Positions 42,009 to 54,485 of a DNA stretch of 64,000 nt are shown piece by piece; the stretch's first letter is position 1; each line of letters begins with the position of its first letter. Both the position numbers and the translations under genes were made by a program. The notes beneath the pieces were generated by a model. That model was not told where the DNA came from. It searched no databases and saw only the letters and a program-made list of their open reading frames with translations. The DNA is from Microbotryum violaceum (Eukaryota), in assembly GCA_001244265.2 (NCBI GenBank), contig CDLV01000004.1:3658001-3722000 (forward strand). The letters are read 5' to 3'.

Positions 42009-43347
42009 ATGGCTACCCTCACAGCTTCCTCCGTGTACCAAAGCACGGAGGCACCACGTACAAACCTTGATCAAGGTCACATCGAAGAACTCCAATGAAG
42101 ATATCAAAACCAGCGCGTGACGCTGGCATCAATCGGTCCCAATACTACTGCCATCATCAAACTGCCAGCAGGCCACTTCGGCCAAACAGTAATGACTGAA
42201 AACGGAACGCACCCTTTGGTCGTGACGTTCTTCGGAAAAGTTGCAACGTTGGACCCCTCTTCAGGAAAGCCACCAGTTTAGTGAGTCGTCACAAGACAGG
42301 CCGTTCTTTCTTCTCAAATTTCTTCGATCAGGATCATAGATCACATCCATGTCTGAACTAATTGTACAGCATAACCAATGTAGACGATTTGAAAGGACCC
42401 CATGAGCTTGGCCGCCAGATAGGGCTGGAGCTTTTCGAATCTGAAGCCATCGTTGCAAACGGCCTCCACGTCTTATGCTCCAAGTTTAGCGACGGTATAA
42501 GCTCTGTTTGTAATGTTGCAGCTGAATCCGGTAAACCTACTCGAGCTACTGACCGAGAGTACGGCAGCCGCTGACACAATCACATATGTCATCTCTTTGT
42601 TCCACAGCCATCCCATTTACCGCCTCATCCTCGAAGTCAAATCTCCGGATAGTCTTTCTGCACCACAATTTGGTCACCCCGGAACAGTAAGTACTGGCTG
42701 CGCGATATCGAAAAGACAGGAGAATCTGGAAGATGTGTACTGACATCAACACGATAGGTATTGGGATAATGTGACAGGAGGAGAACAGAAGCCGGGAGAA
42801 CAGGAATATCCGCCGATGCCAATGTGGGGGGCAGGGCTCGACGCCCAAGCGTACCGTGCATTGTACGCGGACGGAAGCGCGCGATGGGTTGTACCGAGGC
42901 AAGAAATGCCTCAAGGCATACCCAACTCCACTTCCGGTTGTAATCGATGGTCATGAAGGACGGACTTTTAGCCACACCATCCTCAAAAAGGGTGACTGTT
43001 GTGGGGTCATGTGCATGATAGTAGGGCGGACGTGGAAAAGCAAGAAAACTGGAAGCATGGTGGGGAAGGTGGACTTCGTACCGTTGAAAATACGTGTTAC
43101 GGGAGCTTCAATGTAAGTACGTCTGAAAGTCTCGAACCCCGTAACCAACAATTGACCGGTTCCCAACTTGTGGCAGCAGTCGTTTACGACAGGGTCGTTC
43201 GCATCAACGTCAACCGAGGCACCGGAAACCAAGCTCGCGATGCCAATCAAGCGTTCCGCTTTGAATGTCGAACTTGATGTCGGTGACACCGACTCAGAAG
43301 ACTCGGAACTTCTGTCCAGTCCTCCAACGAAACACCAGAAGACATAG
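42009..43347 (+). pseudogene. Helitron-borne spliced accessory gene, putative OB-fold ssDNA-binding protein
   Basis: ATG at 42009 and GT-AG introns with CTAA/CTGAC branch sites (42281-42369, ~42531-42608, ~42687-42757, ~43113-43176). LKKGDCCGVMCMIVGRTWKSKKTG..KVDFVPLKIRV and an acidic tail DVGDTDSEDSE..PPTKHQKT*. One in-frame TGA near 42096. Confidence 0.6.
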
Positions 43348-43535
43348 ACGAAAGCAGCGTAGAACCATAGGCATCTGCAATAATGTAACAGAAGTGCTGA
43401 TTTTCAATGTGAGGTGGCGCGCAGAGCGCGCCGCCGAACCTAGTATATCCTCAAAACTTATCTATCCTTAAAACTATCTTCTATCTTCTATACTACTAAA
43501 TCCTACTATCCTACTTCCTACTATACTCTGCTTCT

Positions 43536-43643
43536 GCCAGTGTGCGTAACAGCATTCCCTCCGACTTTTCCGAAGATTTCTAGGTATTAATATAATTATG
43601 CTGTTAATGAAGTCTATCAAATAAAAGAAATAAAATAAAAAAA
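43536..43643 (+). mobile_element. Short A-tailed retroposed fragment (same family as 22171-22278)
   Basis: GCCAGTGTGC.TAAC.GCATTCCCTCCG.CTTTTCCGA.GATTT.TAGG.ATTAATATA is shared with 22171 and followed by an A-rich tail. Confidence 0.65.
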
Positions 43644-45137
43644 CCGACTGTTGTCTAGACAAAGAACGTCAAAGAACAAAAGACAAACCACGTGGCGTGA
43701 CGTCATCGGCAGCTCTCGGTCTGGCGCGTCCCCGGAACTAGCTAGCGCTGATTCAGCATGGGGCCAGTGACAGACCGTTTCGCCTACCTTCGCCAAGGTT
43801 CCATTTCCCAACAAAGCAGTCTGGCACATTACCCTCTGCTTCCCAGACGAACGGTTTTGCGTGCCTGCCACATCGTAGCGTAGACCCTTCAACCATCCAG
43901 TTGCTGCCACTTCCGAAGAGTCATCTGCAAGCTTTCACGTCCCGTCTCCTGTACAACGATCTTCACGGAGAGCAGCGGGGCAGCAGAGACGTCGGCAGCT
44001 GCTCGCGTTCCTCCTCCGCACAAACGTCGCGCAAACTGGTTCGTCAATTCAACCTGCACCGGCAGCAGGCAGCCTCAAATGTCGCACGGCAAGTGCAACG
44101 GGCCCGCAGTTCTTCACCTCCAAGCTTGAGATTCGTTCCTCCACGCTTTGAAGCAGTTCCAGACCTCGGGTAGCGTCGGCCAGTGCGCCAATGCCGCTGT
44201 TAGGGGCCCCGCCAGCGTGTCACGGGCCTTCACTCCACGACGTTCCGCGGCCTTCTGCGACATTCTATGAGCCCGGTTTAAACTGAGGCGCAGGCTTCCC
44301 CATCTTTCTCCCTCCTGCTCTTCACCCCTGACCCATCGCACCTCATCCCAACCCCACCTCGAGCTCGCGACATCTGAAGCGGTCGTCGTGGAAGCTCTGC
44401 AACGAATACGGGATCAAGAAACGGCTGCCGCAAGTAACTTCATGAACTGTGCCCTTGGTGTGGGATTGTTCAGAAGCTGATGGAAAACTACCAAGCAGCA
44501 ATTCCCTTCAACACGTCTTCTTTGAATGTCACCCTCGAGTCGTTTCTTCACTGTCAGCTGGTGACACTGCATGCGTGCGTTATCCCTTAACTGAGAATCC
44601 GGGTTATCGGCACACCAAATGTGAGTCTTCACTGCCATTGCCACAGATGGACAACAGCAAGAGTACTGATAGTTGTAACGAATCACGGAAGAAAACAGGC
44701 TCTGGTCGCGTGAATTGCGGCTCACCATCCCGTGGCAGATCCTCAACGGCTCGGTTCGGTGGGGTGACCATCGCGTTGGCAGGTGTGTGCCAATCTTTCA
44801 GAAGCAAAACGCAGGGCAGCATGACTAACTGTCCGGTTGACTGTAACATCACAGGAAATCCGAAGCAATGCCTTCCCGTTATTTCACGGCGCGGTTCGGT
44901 GGAGTGACCGTCGTGTTGGCAGTTATGTGCCAATCTTTCAAAAGCAAGGCGCAGGGCAGCATGACTGACTGGCCGGTTGGACTGTAACATCACAGGGGAT
45001 CCGAAGCAATGCCTTCCCGTTATTCCCAAGTCAACGCCTACACAAATCGTCGATGCTCGCATCATGAATGCTGACTTCTGCGGGGATCTCTCTGTAAGTA
45101 GTAGTCCTCGCCTGACCTTTAGACCGTATACTAACGA

Positions 45138-45289
45138 CATCAGCAACTTTGCCACTCGCGCTTTAGTGCAATTTAGTGACTTTTAGCGCATTTTAGTGCC
45201 AAAAGCGCACTTTTAGTGACATTTAGCTCGTTTTCTATAATCTCCGGTGCGCCAAATTGCACCAAGCGCGAGTGGCAAAGTTGCTGATG
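45138..45289. mobile_element. 152-bp MITE with 26-bp perfect TIR
   Basis: CATCAGCAACTTTGCCACTCGCGCTT ... AAGCGCGAGTGGCAAAGTTGCTGATG, with internal TTTAGTG repeats. It sits in a Helitron intron. Flanks are ACGA/ACGG. Confidence 0.9.
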
Positions 45290-47020
45290 ACGGCACGGTG
45301 CGAGCACAGACCAACAATGCCTCTTCTGGCCGCTGCAGACCGCGTGACCGAAACGGCACGGGCAAAGGCACAGGACTTTGCAAATTGGCTCTTGGGAGTT
45401 GGAGACGGCTCGGCAAACAAACAGAAGACTCTATCGCGCTCCCACGTCAGCTTTTCTTGCCGGCGACCACGAGGAACAGATCCGGCCCGGGGTTGATCAG
45501 ACACGTTTATCCCGTCTCCGCGCTCGAACTGGACAATATGTCAACAGGCGAAAAAGTCGAATACTTCTGAGAAGGTGGGTCAGAACGGCAGAAGACTGTT
45601 GTGAACCCGGTTACACACCCGCGTGCTCGAAGCCATCATTCTCACACGAGATCGTGCTGGACAGCCCGTTTTGTTGCCACGGATCACGCTGAAGACAGGG
45701 TCATCAGCTGAGCTTCCGTTCACTGCGTCGGAGTCTCCGATTCGGCTGGCAATGGCTATGACGTTCAACAAGTTGCAGGGGCAGTCGTCACGCGCGCAGG
45801 TAAGAGTGTGTCTGGTGACGTCCGTCTTTTCTCACGGCCAGTTGTATGTCGCGTTGTCCCAGCAACTTATGTGGACGGTGTCAGAGTTCTGCTTCATCAG
45901 ACTGAGAACAGAGAAGCGGATAATGTTGAAATGAAGGCTGTGTACATTTGATCGTCGTCACGCGCTTCTCTCCCGACTTCAACCACTACGCTTCCGTTAC
46001 TCAACAGTACCGCAGCTGTTGTATCACATTGCAGCGGGTCAACTCTTACGGTGAGAGGTGGCGCGCTCCGCGCGCCACCGCACCTAGTATATTGAAGAAT
46101 GAGCTACATTCCTCGTTCGCCGAAAAAAGCGAGCCGTGATGCTATCGTAATCGACAGTCTCGGACACTGTGCCACTCCGTCCCAGTACTATCCTAGTCAG
46201 TCCCAGCCTTCTTAGTATTCCTTAGTCTTTTCTAGTCCAGAGACGTTCGCCAGAGGCGGGAAACGGCCAGCTCGCACCTTTACGACTCCCCCTCTACCGC
46301 CGCGCCTTCTCAGCCGTTCCTCCACTTACTCGCCATTGGCGACGAGCTTGGGATCACTCGTTGCTGTACTATGAACACTCGGCGTTCTCTGTCGGCGTCT
46401 CTCCACCCCGCTCAACCCCAGGGATAAACCCGAGTCAGCCACGGCATCATCATGCCGGACGAGCGCGCCAGCTCCAGACCGAATGCGACCACAGAGCAGG
46501 TCGAGCGGGTCGCTACTACTCCTGCTGATGAAGAGGCATATCTGTGTCACGACTCGTTCGCTCGTTCGCTCCTCCCGTTGATGCAACTGCGAGGGGCGCC
46601 CGCCGACAGTGCTAGCGCCACTGATGGACAAAGGCCCCCTACGAGTCGTGTCCGACCGCTGCAATGTAGGGTGCACTTGGCTACTAGATCCTCCCTCGAA
46701 ACATGTCGACTGAAACCGCAGTGCTTGCGACCATCGTATCCATCGCTCGATAGCTCTACAGGCTCTACGCGCACCCGTGGTCGAGACGGCTTCTCCGCTA
46801 GCGTCGCCGACTCATGTCGTACTCCCTCTCTATACCAGCCGTAGCGGAGCACTAGGATCCACCAAACCTGCACGATCCATCTGGCGCGAATCAGATCGCT
46901 CAGAAGGTTAGATCATGTTGTCTCAGTCATCGCCTCCAGTGCCTGTCATTCTAACCGGCCGATTGTCTCATTCCAGACGGTGTCGCCGTCGCAGCAGGGG
47001 CTCGATCGGTGCCGCAGTCC

Positions 47021-48099
47021 ATGCCGGCCAAGGCCAGGCAGCTCAGACCACTTTCCCGAGCTGTCGTGCCCAAGCTTGTGTTGTCACCCCGCCCCGCTTT
47101 AACCCCCCGACGAGTAATGGGTGCCGTCGGGCGTTTCGATTCTTCGTTCTCACGCGCTACACAACCAGAGTCGAATGCACCTGCTGCTACCCGCGGCCAT
47201 GCGAGCCCGATATCCTCTCGAGCTGGCCTATATCAGTCAAACGCTCTGACAGACCAAGCTGACTTGCGTCCCTACGCAAAGTCGATGATGCACGGGTCCC
47301 ATATTCCCATTTCTGGAAGGATTCCGAGACCCCCCTCGCCCACGGTGAATTGGGGTGGTGAAGGCCATGACGGGACACTTGAACAATGGAGTCCCCGCAA
47401 GGCCAAGAGCCGAGCCTTGTAAGTAAGCGGTGTGGGGTGTGGCTCAATATTTCACCGCTAAGGGATGTGCGCCAGCCTCGCTTGGACAACAGGATGGGAT
47501 CTGCCGCGCGCGCCACGTTGCTATTCTCATCTACCCGCACGGCAAACGTTCTGTGGCAGCATTCAATTGCACACAATCGTACTGGAGTGGGATTGGCACA
47601 GAACATCCAAGATGTTGCTCGGCCCTCATTGTGCCTGAGGGTATTGTCTGTGCTGCCCGACAACGCTCCACGGGAAATGCCGAGTTCTCTAGCACGCCCG
47701 CCCACGACATCAGCGCGTATCGGCGGAAAGAGATCCGTCTTGCTCCACTGCCGTCTTTCATCCACGCCCATCCACGCGCAATCAGATCGATACCATGATG
47801 CAGCATGCGACATTCAGGATGGTTTTGTTTTGCTCTCTGTACTCGACAGTCCCGCTAATTCCACCTGTGTGGGTGAGATTGTGCCACTACCGTCGGACTT
47901 GGTTGGACAACAAACTACTACTACGGCAACATCCAACGGGTTCGTTCCGACAGGTACCGCTGATCTATCACGCATTCAAGCGGGCTGTGACGTATGGGTT
48001 TTTCACCCGTACCATCACATCGAGATTGTGAGGGTTGACTCACCTAGCGATGTCAAGCGAATCAACTTGATATGCACACGCTTTCTGGTGGCGACATGA
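47021..48099 (+). CDS. Hypothetical protein, candidate SPIDR-like N-terminal OB-fold (may extend 5' to ~46452)
   Basis: Disordered exon ending WSPRKAK, a GTAAGT intron at ~47419, then GSAARATLLFSSTRTANVLWQH ... IQAGCDVWVFHPYHHIEI..INLICTRFLV*. Convergent with the next gene. Confidence 0.55.
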
Positions 48100-48213
48100 T
48101 TATATGACCATGCGTATCGAGCCACGTATTCACATGTATTGCATATATTGTCAACAATAGTCAGGAAAGGTCATGAGTCCTGTCTTTCATGTCATCCAGA
48201 GAGAGAGCTCGAT

Positions 48214-51200
48214 CTAAGCCAGGATAAGTGATGCGGCACGCTTGCGGACGAAGGCAGGCGCCACATTCTCCTTAGAGCCTGCATTGCGAGCAAGATGGAT
48301 AGACGACTTGGGTGTGCTTGAAAGTGTGGGCAACGAGGTGGCATCGCGCCGACTCGAGCTACCAAAGCCGAGACTAGGCTTACGTGTGCCCCCTTTCTGT
48401 GAGAGGGTAGCTTCGCAGAGCCCGCCGTCGGTCAGCGCCAAAGGGGGTTGCCCCACAAACGCCGCAACTCGAGGAAGATCGGAAGCCTGATGTTGATCCT
48501 GTGCGGTCTTCGAGGTCGTAATAGACATCTGTGAGAGTCGAGACGACTGAACTTGACGCTTCCACGCCGAAGCCTCCTGCTGCTTCGCCTGCGGTCGTTC
48601 GAAGCACGGTCAGCAGGGCATCGCCGAGAGTGTGCTGATCGTTAGCCGTCTTTATCAACTGCTCACCTCGAGTGCAATGTTCAGGCCGAGGATATCGGAC
48701 TCCAACTCAGCCTTCAGGTTCTTGAGCGCGGTGTATTTGCCTGAGGACAGAGGCTTTCCTCGTTCAGCATGGTATCACCGGACGGGAAGCGGAAGCAAAC
48801 TCGACTCACCATCACGAACTGCGAGTCGATTGCGCAGCATTCCAACCATGAGAGCGTTTGTCTTGCATTCGTTATCAAGCTTCACAAAACGGGCAGCGTG
48901 ACTCGAGATGTCATTCTTTACCGTCTCCAATTGTTGCTCCTTGGATTCGATCACAGCCCCAAGCTCGTTTTCGACCCGACTGAGTTCCGACTCAGCGAGA
49001 TGGACCTTGTTGACGGCCTCTTGCTCAATCAACGAGACCGAGTCCATGAGGCGTGTGATCTCGGCTTGGTGTTCCTTCCACGCCTTGATATGAAGTGCAA
49101 TCTGGTCATCCTTGACCTTCAGCTCTGCTTCAAACCGTTCGGAGCGAACGTCCTGCTCCTCGAGTCGAACGGTGGCCTCGAGTAGACGCGCTTGAAGATC
49201 TTGAGATGTATTATCGGCTTTCCTGAGCTCGCGTTCCATCCACTCCATTCTGTCGTTCGCATGCTCGTATGTGATCGCCATATTCCCTCGCTCTGTGTTC
49301 GGCGTCGTGCACAACTCGTCGGTCGACCGCATCCCTGGGTGCGGCGAGCCTCGGACGCTTGCCATTTCCTCCGCGTTCTTGTGCGCGCCCATATTTGTGC
49401 TTGCCGAGTGGGCCGCGTTTGCCGCTGATGTCTTCTGAGCCTGTTCGTTCGAGGCGCGAGAGTGCTGTCCTTCGTTCCCAGGAACAGTCTTGTCGCTTTG
49501 ACCGCCGATCGTGTTTACATCCTGCCTCCAGTTGGCGCGTGCATCATCCCGTTCTTGCCGCAAAGCGTCGTTCTCGCGGACCAGTTGCAATACCTGCTGT
49601 TGCATACGAGAGTGCGTCTCGCTCAGATCAGCTTGGGCGGCTTGGGCGACACGCAAACGTATTTCGCGATCGCGAGCCGCGTCTTGCGCCTTGAGGAGCT
49701 CGGCTCGCGAGTCCCTCAAGTCCATCTCGCGTTTGTTCTTGTTGCTCAGTTGTTGCTGGATCCGAGCTTCCAACTCTTCGGTGAGTTTCGAGACAAGCCT
49801 CACGAGCGCTTCGTTCTTCCTGAGCAACCTCTTGAGCACTCCTTCGGGGCCGCCGTCACGGTCCAGCAGGGTGTGGTTGGTCTCGTCCAAGGTCGCGGTG
49901 ATATGTTGCAGCTGCCTCTCCAGCGTCTCGTTACGCCCAGCGAGCTTGGCCAGTACCGCGTCCTTACGTTGGCATTCGGTGCGTATGATCGCAAGAAGCG
50001 AAGCAATGTCCGATTTTTGAGCCGTCGTGTGTCCTCGCCACACATCATAGGTCGCGACGAGGGAGGCGAATACATCAAAGCTCTCTTGAAAGTCGATGGA
50101 GGATGTCTCATTCATCGATGTTGGTGGAAGGGACAGAGCGAACGATGGGTGCTTTTCGGGAGTGAATGACGCAAAAGACGAAGTCGTACTTGTGATGTAC
50201 AAAGATCCTGGCTTTCCTCTGAATGGCGCTGCCCTTCCGATACGGGACGCTGCCTCATCACACAAAGGCAATCGCACAGACTCGACTGTGGTGTTGGGCT
50301 CGGACTGCAGGGTACCAACAAGAGATGCGGTCAGATATATACCACAATCGGGCGAATTCCAGTGGTGTGGGCGGCAGAGCCTACCAATTCGGGAATGGGT
50401 GAGAGATAAGTAAGTGGCATAGCAGCGAAGTAGGAGTCGTCCAGCTGGTAGTCTCCAGCGTCATTTGCGAGGTCTGACGAACATCCTTCGATACTGGTGC
50501 AGCTCGGCGTACCAAACTCTCCGGAGTGTTTCAGCTCTTCCAAGGCGTATTGATCGCGGGGGCGCAGGTTTGGCGAGAGATTTGGAGGGCGACCGAGAGA
50601 AGTGTTGGCCTGTGCGCTCTCCATCAGGCGAGCAGGTTCCTTGTCACCTGCTTGACCTTCGTGGACGAGACGACCCCATTCGTCTGCCGCAATGCGACTA
50701 CCCTCTGATCGCTTTTGCATAAAAATTCGGTAGAGCGATGAGCCTATACAACTCGAACGAGAAATTGCCGAGGGTCGAGTCACATTTTCCTCGTTGGAGC
50801 AGCTATCCGAGACGGTTATGTGAGCAGTGGCACAACCGAGAGGTTTCGAGGCTTCCTGATCTCGACCCATTGCCAGCATGTCCGGTGCTTTATCAGCTGG
50901 CATCGGCGGCGAGGCACCGGGGTTACTTGGTTGCAAAGACTTGATACGCGGAGGCAACCGAGGAGGGTCGCTGGCTGATGGCCTTGAAAGACGATTGTCG
51001 CCGGCCGCTTCGTCGACTTGGGAGAGGGCGGCCAACCCGGGTGCAAATCGAGCACCCTCGCTTTCAAGCTGAGCAAATGTTGGCCTGCTGGTAGATCCAA
51101 GATCTTGATTGGTGGATGCTGCCAACATGGATATTGATGCTCCAGCGAAAGGGTTGCTCTCGTCGAAGAGGTCACGTGTCTCGCGCACGCTGCGAGCAAA

Positions 51201-51971
51201 GCCAAGTCCGACGACCGGCAGGTGCTTGGCCAAATCGATGGCATAATCGCTTGAGGTCGGACTCGTTACGGCAACCGCGGGGCGGTGACTAGTAGCTTCG
51301 ACGACGCTTTGATCGCCGGGACCAGCCAAGCGAGAAACTGTCGATGCGAGGGACGAATCTGGCGAGGGGATAACCGCTTGTAGCCGAGACAGGAAGCTGG
51401 CGACCAAGTGACTGGAAACTTCCTCTTCGGAAGAAGAATTTTTTTCCTCCCGATCCTCTTCCTTTTCAACGCGCAGAACTCTTTCTTGTTCCCCACTTCC
51501 GCCGTCGCTGGTGAGCGAAGGTGAACGATCTGGTCGAGCACTAGGAGAGTGATCTTCAATGCGCCTCGCACTACTTGTGAAGCGCACTGATCGACCAGTG
51601 CCCGGCGTTCCAGGCACTTTCAGAATCGTCCTGACCGACGGGGCAGATGCCTGCCGTGTCCGATACGAAGTCGGAGACTCCGTAGCGTCACTGTTGGCGC
51701 TCGTGGGATCGAGGAGAGCCGGAAGCGGGGGCGGCGGCAGGCCCAGCAGAGGTGATGGGGCCAGGGAAAGTGGGGAGAATTGCACCTGCGGCGGTCTTGG
51801 AGAGCGTCCTGGACCGGAGGTGCTCCTCTGTTGTGAAGACGCCAAACAGATTGGAGTTGGCGATTGTTTCGGCAAAGATTCGCTGATCTCAATGAGTCGG
51901 GCTGACTGCTCCTCGACATCGCATAGGTTCGAGTCGTTCTCCTCGAAAATGAGCGACGTCTCCTCCGTCAC
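48214..51971 (-). CDS. Large multi-exon protein: disordered S/P-rich N-half plus long coiled coil (possible SPB/centrosomal scaffold); start not resolved
   Basis: ORFs of 546 aa and 500 aa in the same orientation, plus downstream exons. Heptad-rich E/K/R/L region and the motif TILKVPGTPGTGRSVRF. Confidence 0.75.
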
Positions 51972-52741
51972 GCTGAGTTGCCACTCATCGCTATTGACAC
52001 TCGTGTTCGCAGTGGGGCATCCTGTGTCGACATGGCAAGGAAGAAGGGAGTTTCAATCGCTGCCGGTGCGAACGTCTGAGGCTAAGATGTCCGCAAGCGC
52101 ACCATGGTTGGGTAAAGTGTGGGCCGGTGCCCCTTCGGCCTTCATTTGGCGTGTGCACATACCGAACCACTGAGCGAAGGATGGAGGCTTCCTGGGTCAT
52201 TCAAAGCCTTGATTCGCGATTCAGCCCACCGTAGCAAAAGGAATCAGTTCAGTGCTATTCTCGGGGAGAGCTGTGCAGGTCGCCTCGAATTAACTCACCT
52301 CGACCACCCCACAGGTGCGATGGCGTCACTTGGTCACCGGGTCACGGCGAGGTTGAGCGACAGAGTGAAGCAGGAATATACAGCAATATGGATAGCTGGC
52401 GTAATCCGATGGGTGTGAAGCGACGCGAAGCAAGCAAGGTGTGCGTGCGAGTCGACGCGCGGAGTTGAGTGAAGATGGGAGAGAGAACTCTCGAGAAGGT
52501 TCCAACCATGGCCTACCCTGGCGGCCCGCAAAATTGGACATTTTTGGCCCATAACCCGTAAATAGTCCTGCCCACTCCCTCAAACCTTTCCTTTTTCCCT
52601 ACTCTCATCCAATTTTAGTGACACTCATTCAAGAACAAACCCTCGCTACTATGCCAAGGTCCCAACGTCGCCAGGGAGGGCCATCGCAACCTCGCCAAGT
52701 CTTGGGCGCGAGGGTAGCGCCGTACCATACGCTACCTTCAC

Positions 52742-53886
52742 CTCAGGCAGACATAGAAAGTACCGCTGGTAAGGCGCGCGCGCAGCGCGCTCCCAGACTG
52801 CGCGAAAGGCGTACTTTCAGTGGGTTGCAACCTTGCTACCAATGGTAGCAGTATAGGCCCAGGTTGCGCACACCGACTTCAATAAGTGTATTAAGTGGGT
52901 TTGGGATTCAGAGACTGGCAGAGGAGAGGTGGTTGGGTTGGAGGAGTTGGTTGCCAAGTCGAGTTTATTGAGCTTGGACCCATGCTTAGTTTGACTGGCT
53001 CTCTTGTGCCCGTTTGCCTCTCTGGCTTAGAATCATCTATCATCATCGCCTAGTTTTTTCTTATCTCGTCATCGACCCCAGCTTTATTGCTGCTCTTTTC
53101 TTGATTGCAAGGTAGTCCTGATACAGCGTATACCTTTGGGTCTTCGTTGGGAGCAGCGCCTCGTGCTTTCACCTTCGCGTTCGAGTCACGTATTCGACTC
53201 CGCATCTTCACCACGTATCGAGCTCTCATGTGCTCTCCTGGGTGTCGTCTCTCGGTCATCGACTCGCTTTACGGCTCAAGTCGATTGCCCCCCTGCTTGC
53301 TGACGAGTCTTCCCAGCCAGCTTTGCACACCGCTTCGGGCGGTCCGTGTCACCCCGTGCAGGTTGCCCTGCCTCGATCTCGACTCCAACACTCGACCTCG
53401 AGGGAGTGGTCCTGTCATGACGGATGCGATCATTGGCGCACGCCTCGACCAGTCCCATCAGGCCAACAAGCGTCGTCGACCGGACGACCCCGCCTTTCGG
53501 ACCGGCAGTCACGTCTACCTTTCAACAAAGAATCTGGCAGTGCCTGAAGCGATGAAGTCGAAGTTGTTGCCGCGCTACATCGGCCCTTTCCGTATTCGAG
53601 CGGCCATTCCGGCAACATCCAGCTACGACCTCGAGCTCCCTCCAGCGATGTCGCGAGTGCACAATCGCTTCCCTGCTCGACTCCTTCGGCCTTATGTTGA
53701 GAATGATGCTGAAGGGTTCCCTGGGCGTGACCCCGCAGTTCTTTTTGTCGAAGATGTAGCCGACGCAGCCGACAACTCTGTGCTCGATCGCTCGAACCGC
53801 CACCTCGCCGCACGGTAGACTTCCTTCTGGGGGGCACAGTGTCAGGATGACAGAGGTACACTGACAGCAATACTCGAAGGAAGTGC
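52742..53886 (+). mobile_element. Ty3/Gypsy LTR retrotransposon remnant (LTR-like end, integrase C-terminus, PPT and start of 3' LTR)
   Basis: QANKRRR..FRTGSHVYLSTKNL..KLLPRYIGPFRI..SYDLELPP..VHNRF...LLRPY (GPY/F module). A G-run is followed by TGTCAGGA at 53840, and a possible 5' LTR end TCCTGATACA is at 53125. The left boundary is uncertain. Confidence 0.8.
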
Positions 53887-54457
53887 TTTTTTTTTGTAGA
53901 AACTGTTCATCATATTGCCCCCGATTCCTGTTCCCCCTGATTGGTCTACGGAAAAATTAGATGGAAGTCGACGATGATAACACAAACCGCCCGCAAGATG
54001 CGAGAAACGGGCCGGTGTCCACCAATCCGATACTTGGGATTCGAGTGCCCCAGCCAAGCGGTTGCTCCCCCCCCCCCAGGAGACGAATGAGAGAGAGAAG
54101 GAGAGAGAGAGAGAAAGAGTAAGAGGAATAAAACGATTTACTAACGACAAGAGGCCCACCCCGCACCCACTTCCCCACTCGGTCGAGACAAAGACAAGAG
54201 AGCGACTGCGCAGCTACCCTGACCCGCGAAGTCCCAGGTCTATGCTCGGTCACAACAAGACGCGGTGGAGGCCCCTCAAAACCTCCACCTCAGCAGTCCC
54301 TGGCCCCTCAAAGCCGACTTTCTGCCTGTGTCTGCTGATCCCTCCCTTGACTAAGAACCCCGAAGCCAAAGAGCGCGAGCCACCGTCGAGTCAATCCCAA
54401 ATTGCGAGCCGGTCCATGAGCAACGAAAGCAGACCTGTAATAGAGGAAAGATGAAAG
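53887..54457 (-). mobile_element. LINE A 3' UTR fragment with poly(A)
   Basis: Homologous to 13590-14153. The T-run at 53887 is the tail. It interrupts the Gypsy 3' LTR. Confidence 0.9.
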
Positions 54458-54485
54458 TGCGCTTTTTTTAAAATAAAAAAAAGTG

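Larger units (their letters stand above)
33192..43443 (+). mobile_element. Helitron 2, near-complete autonomous-type element
   Basis: Conserved 5' block at 33208-33300 (resumes at 35789), full Rep/Hel gene, accessory gene, hairpin GGTGGCGCGCAGAGCGCGCCGCC and CTAG at 43440-43443. Confidence 0.92.
43444..46087 (+). mobile_element. Helitron 3, non-autonomous deletion derivative
   Basis: Conserved 5' block at 43650-43900, scattered helicase pieces ([32 protein letters not shown]), a ~140-bp tandem duplication at 44750-45024, and hairpin plus CTAG at 46084-46087. Confidence 0.88.
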
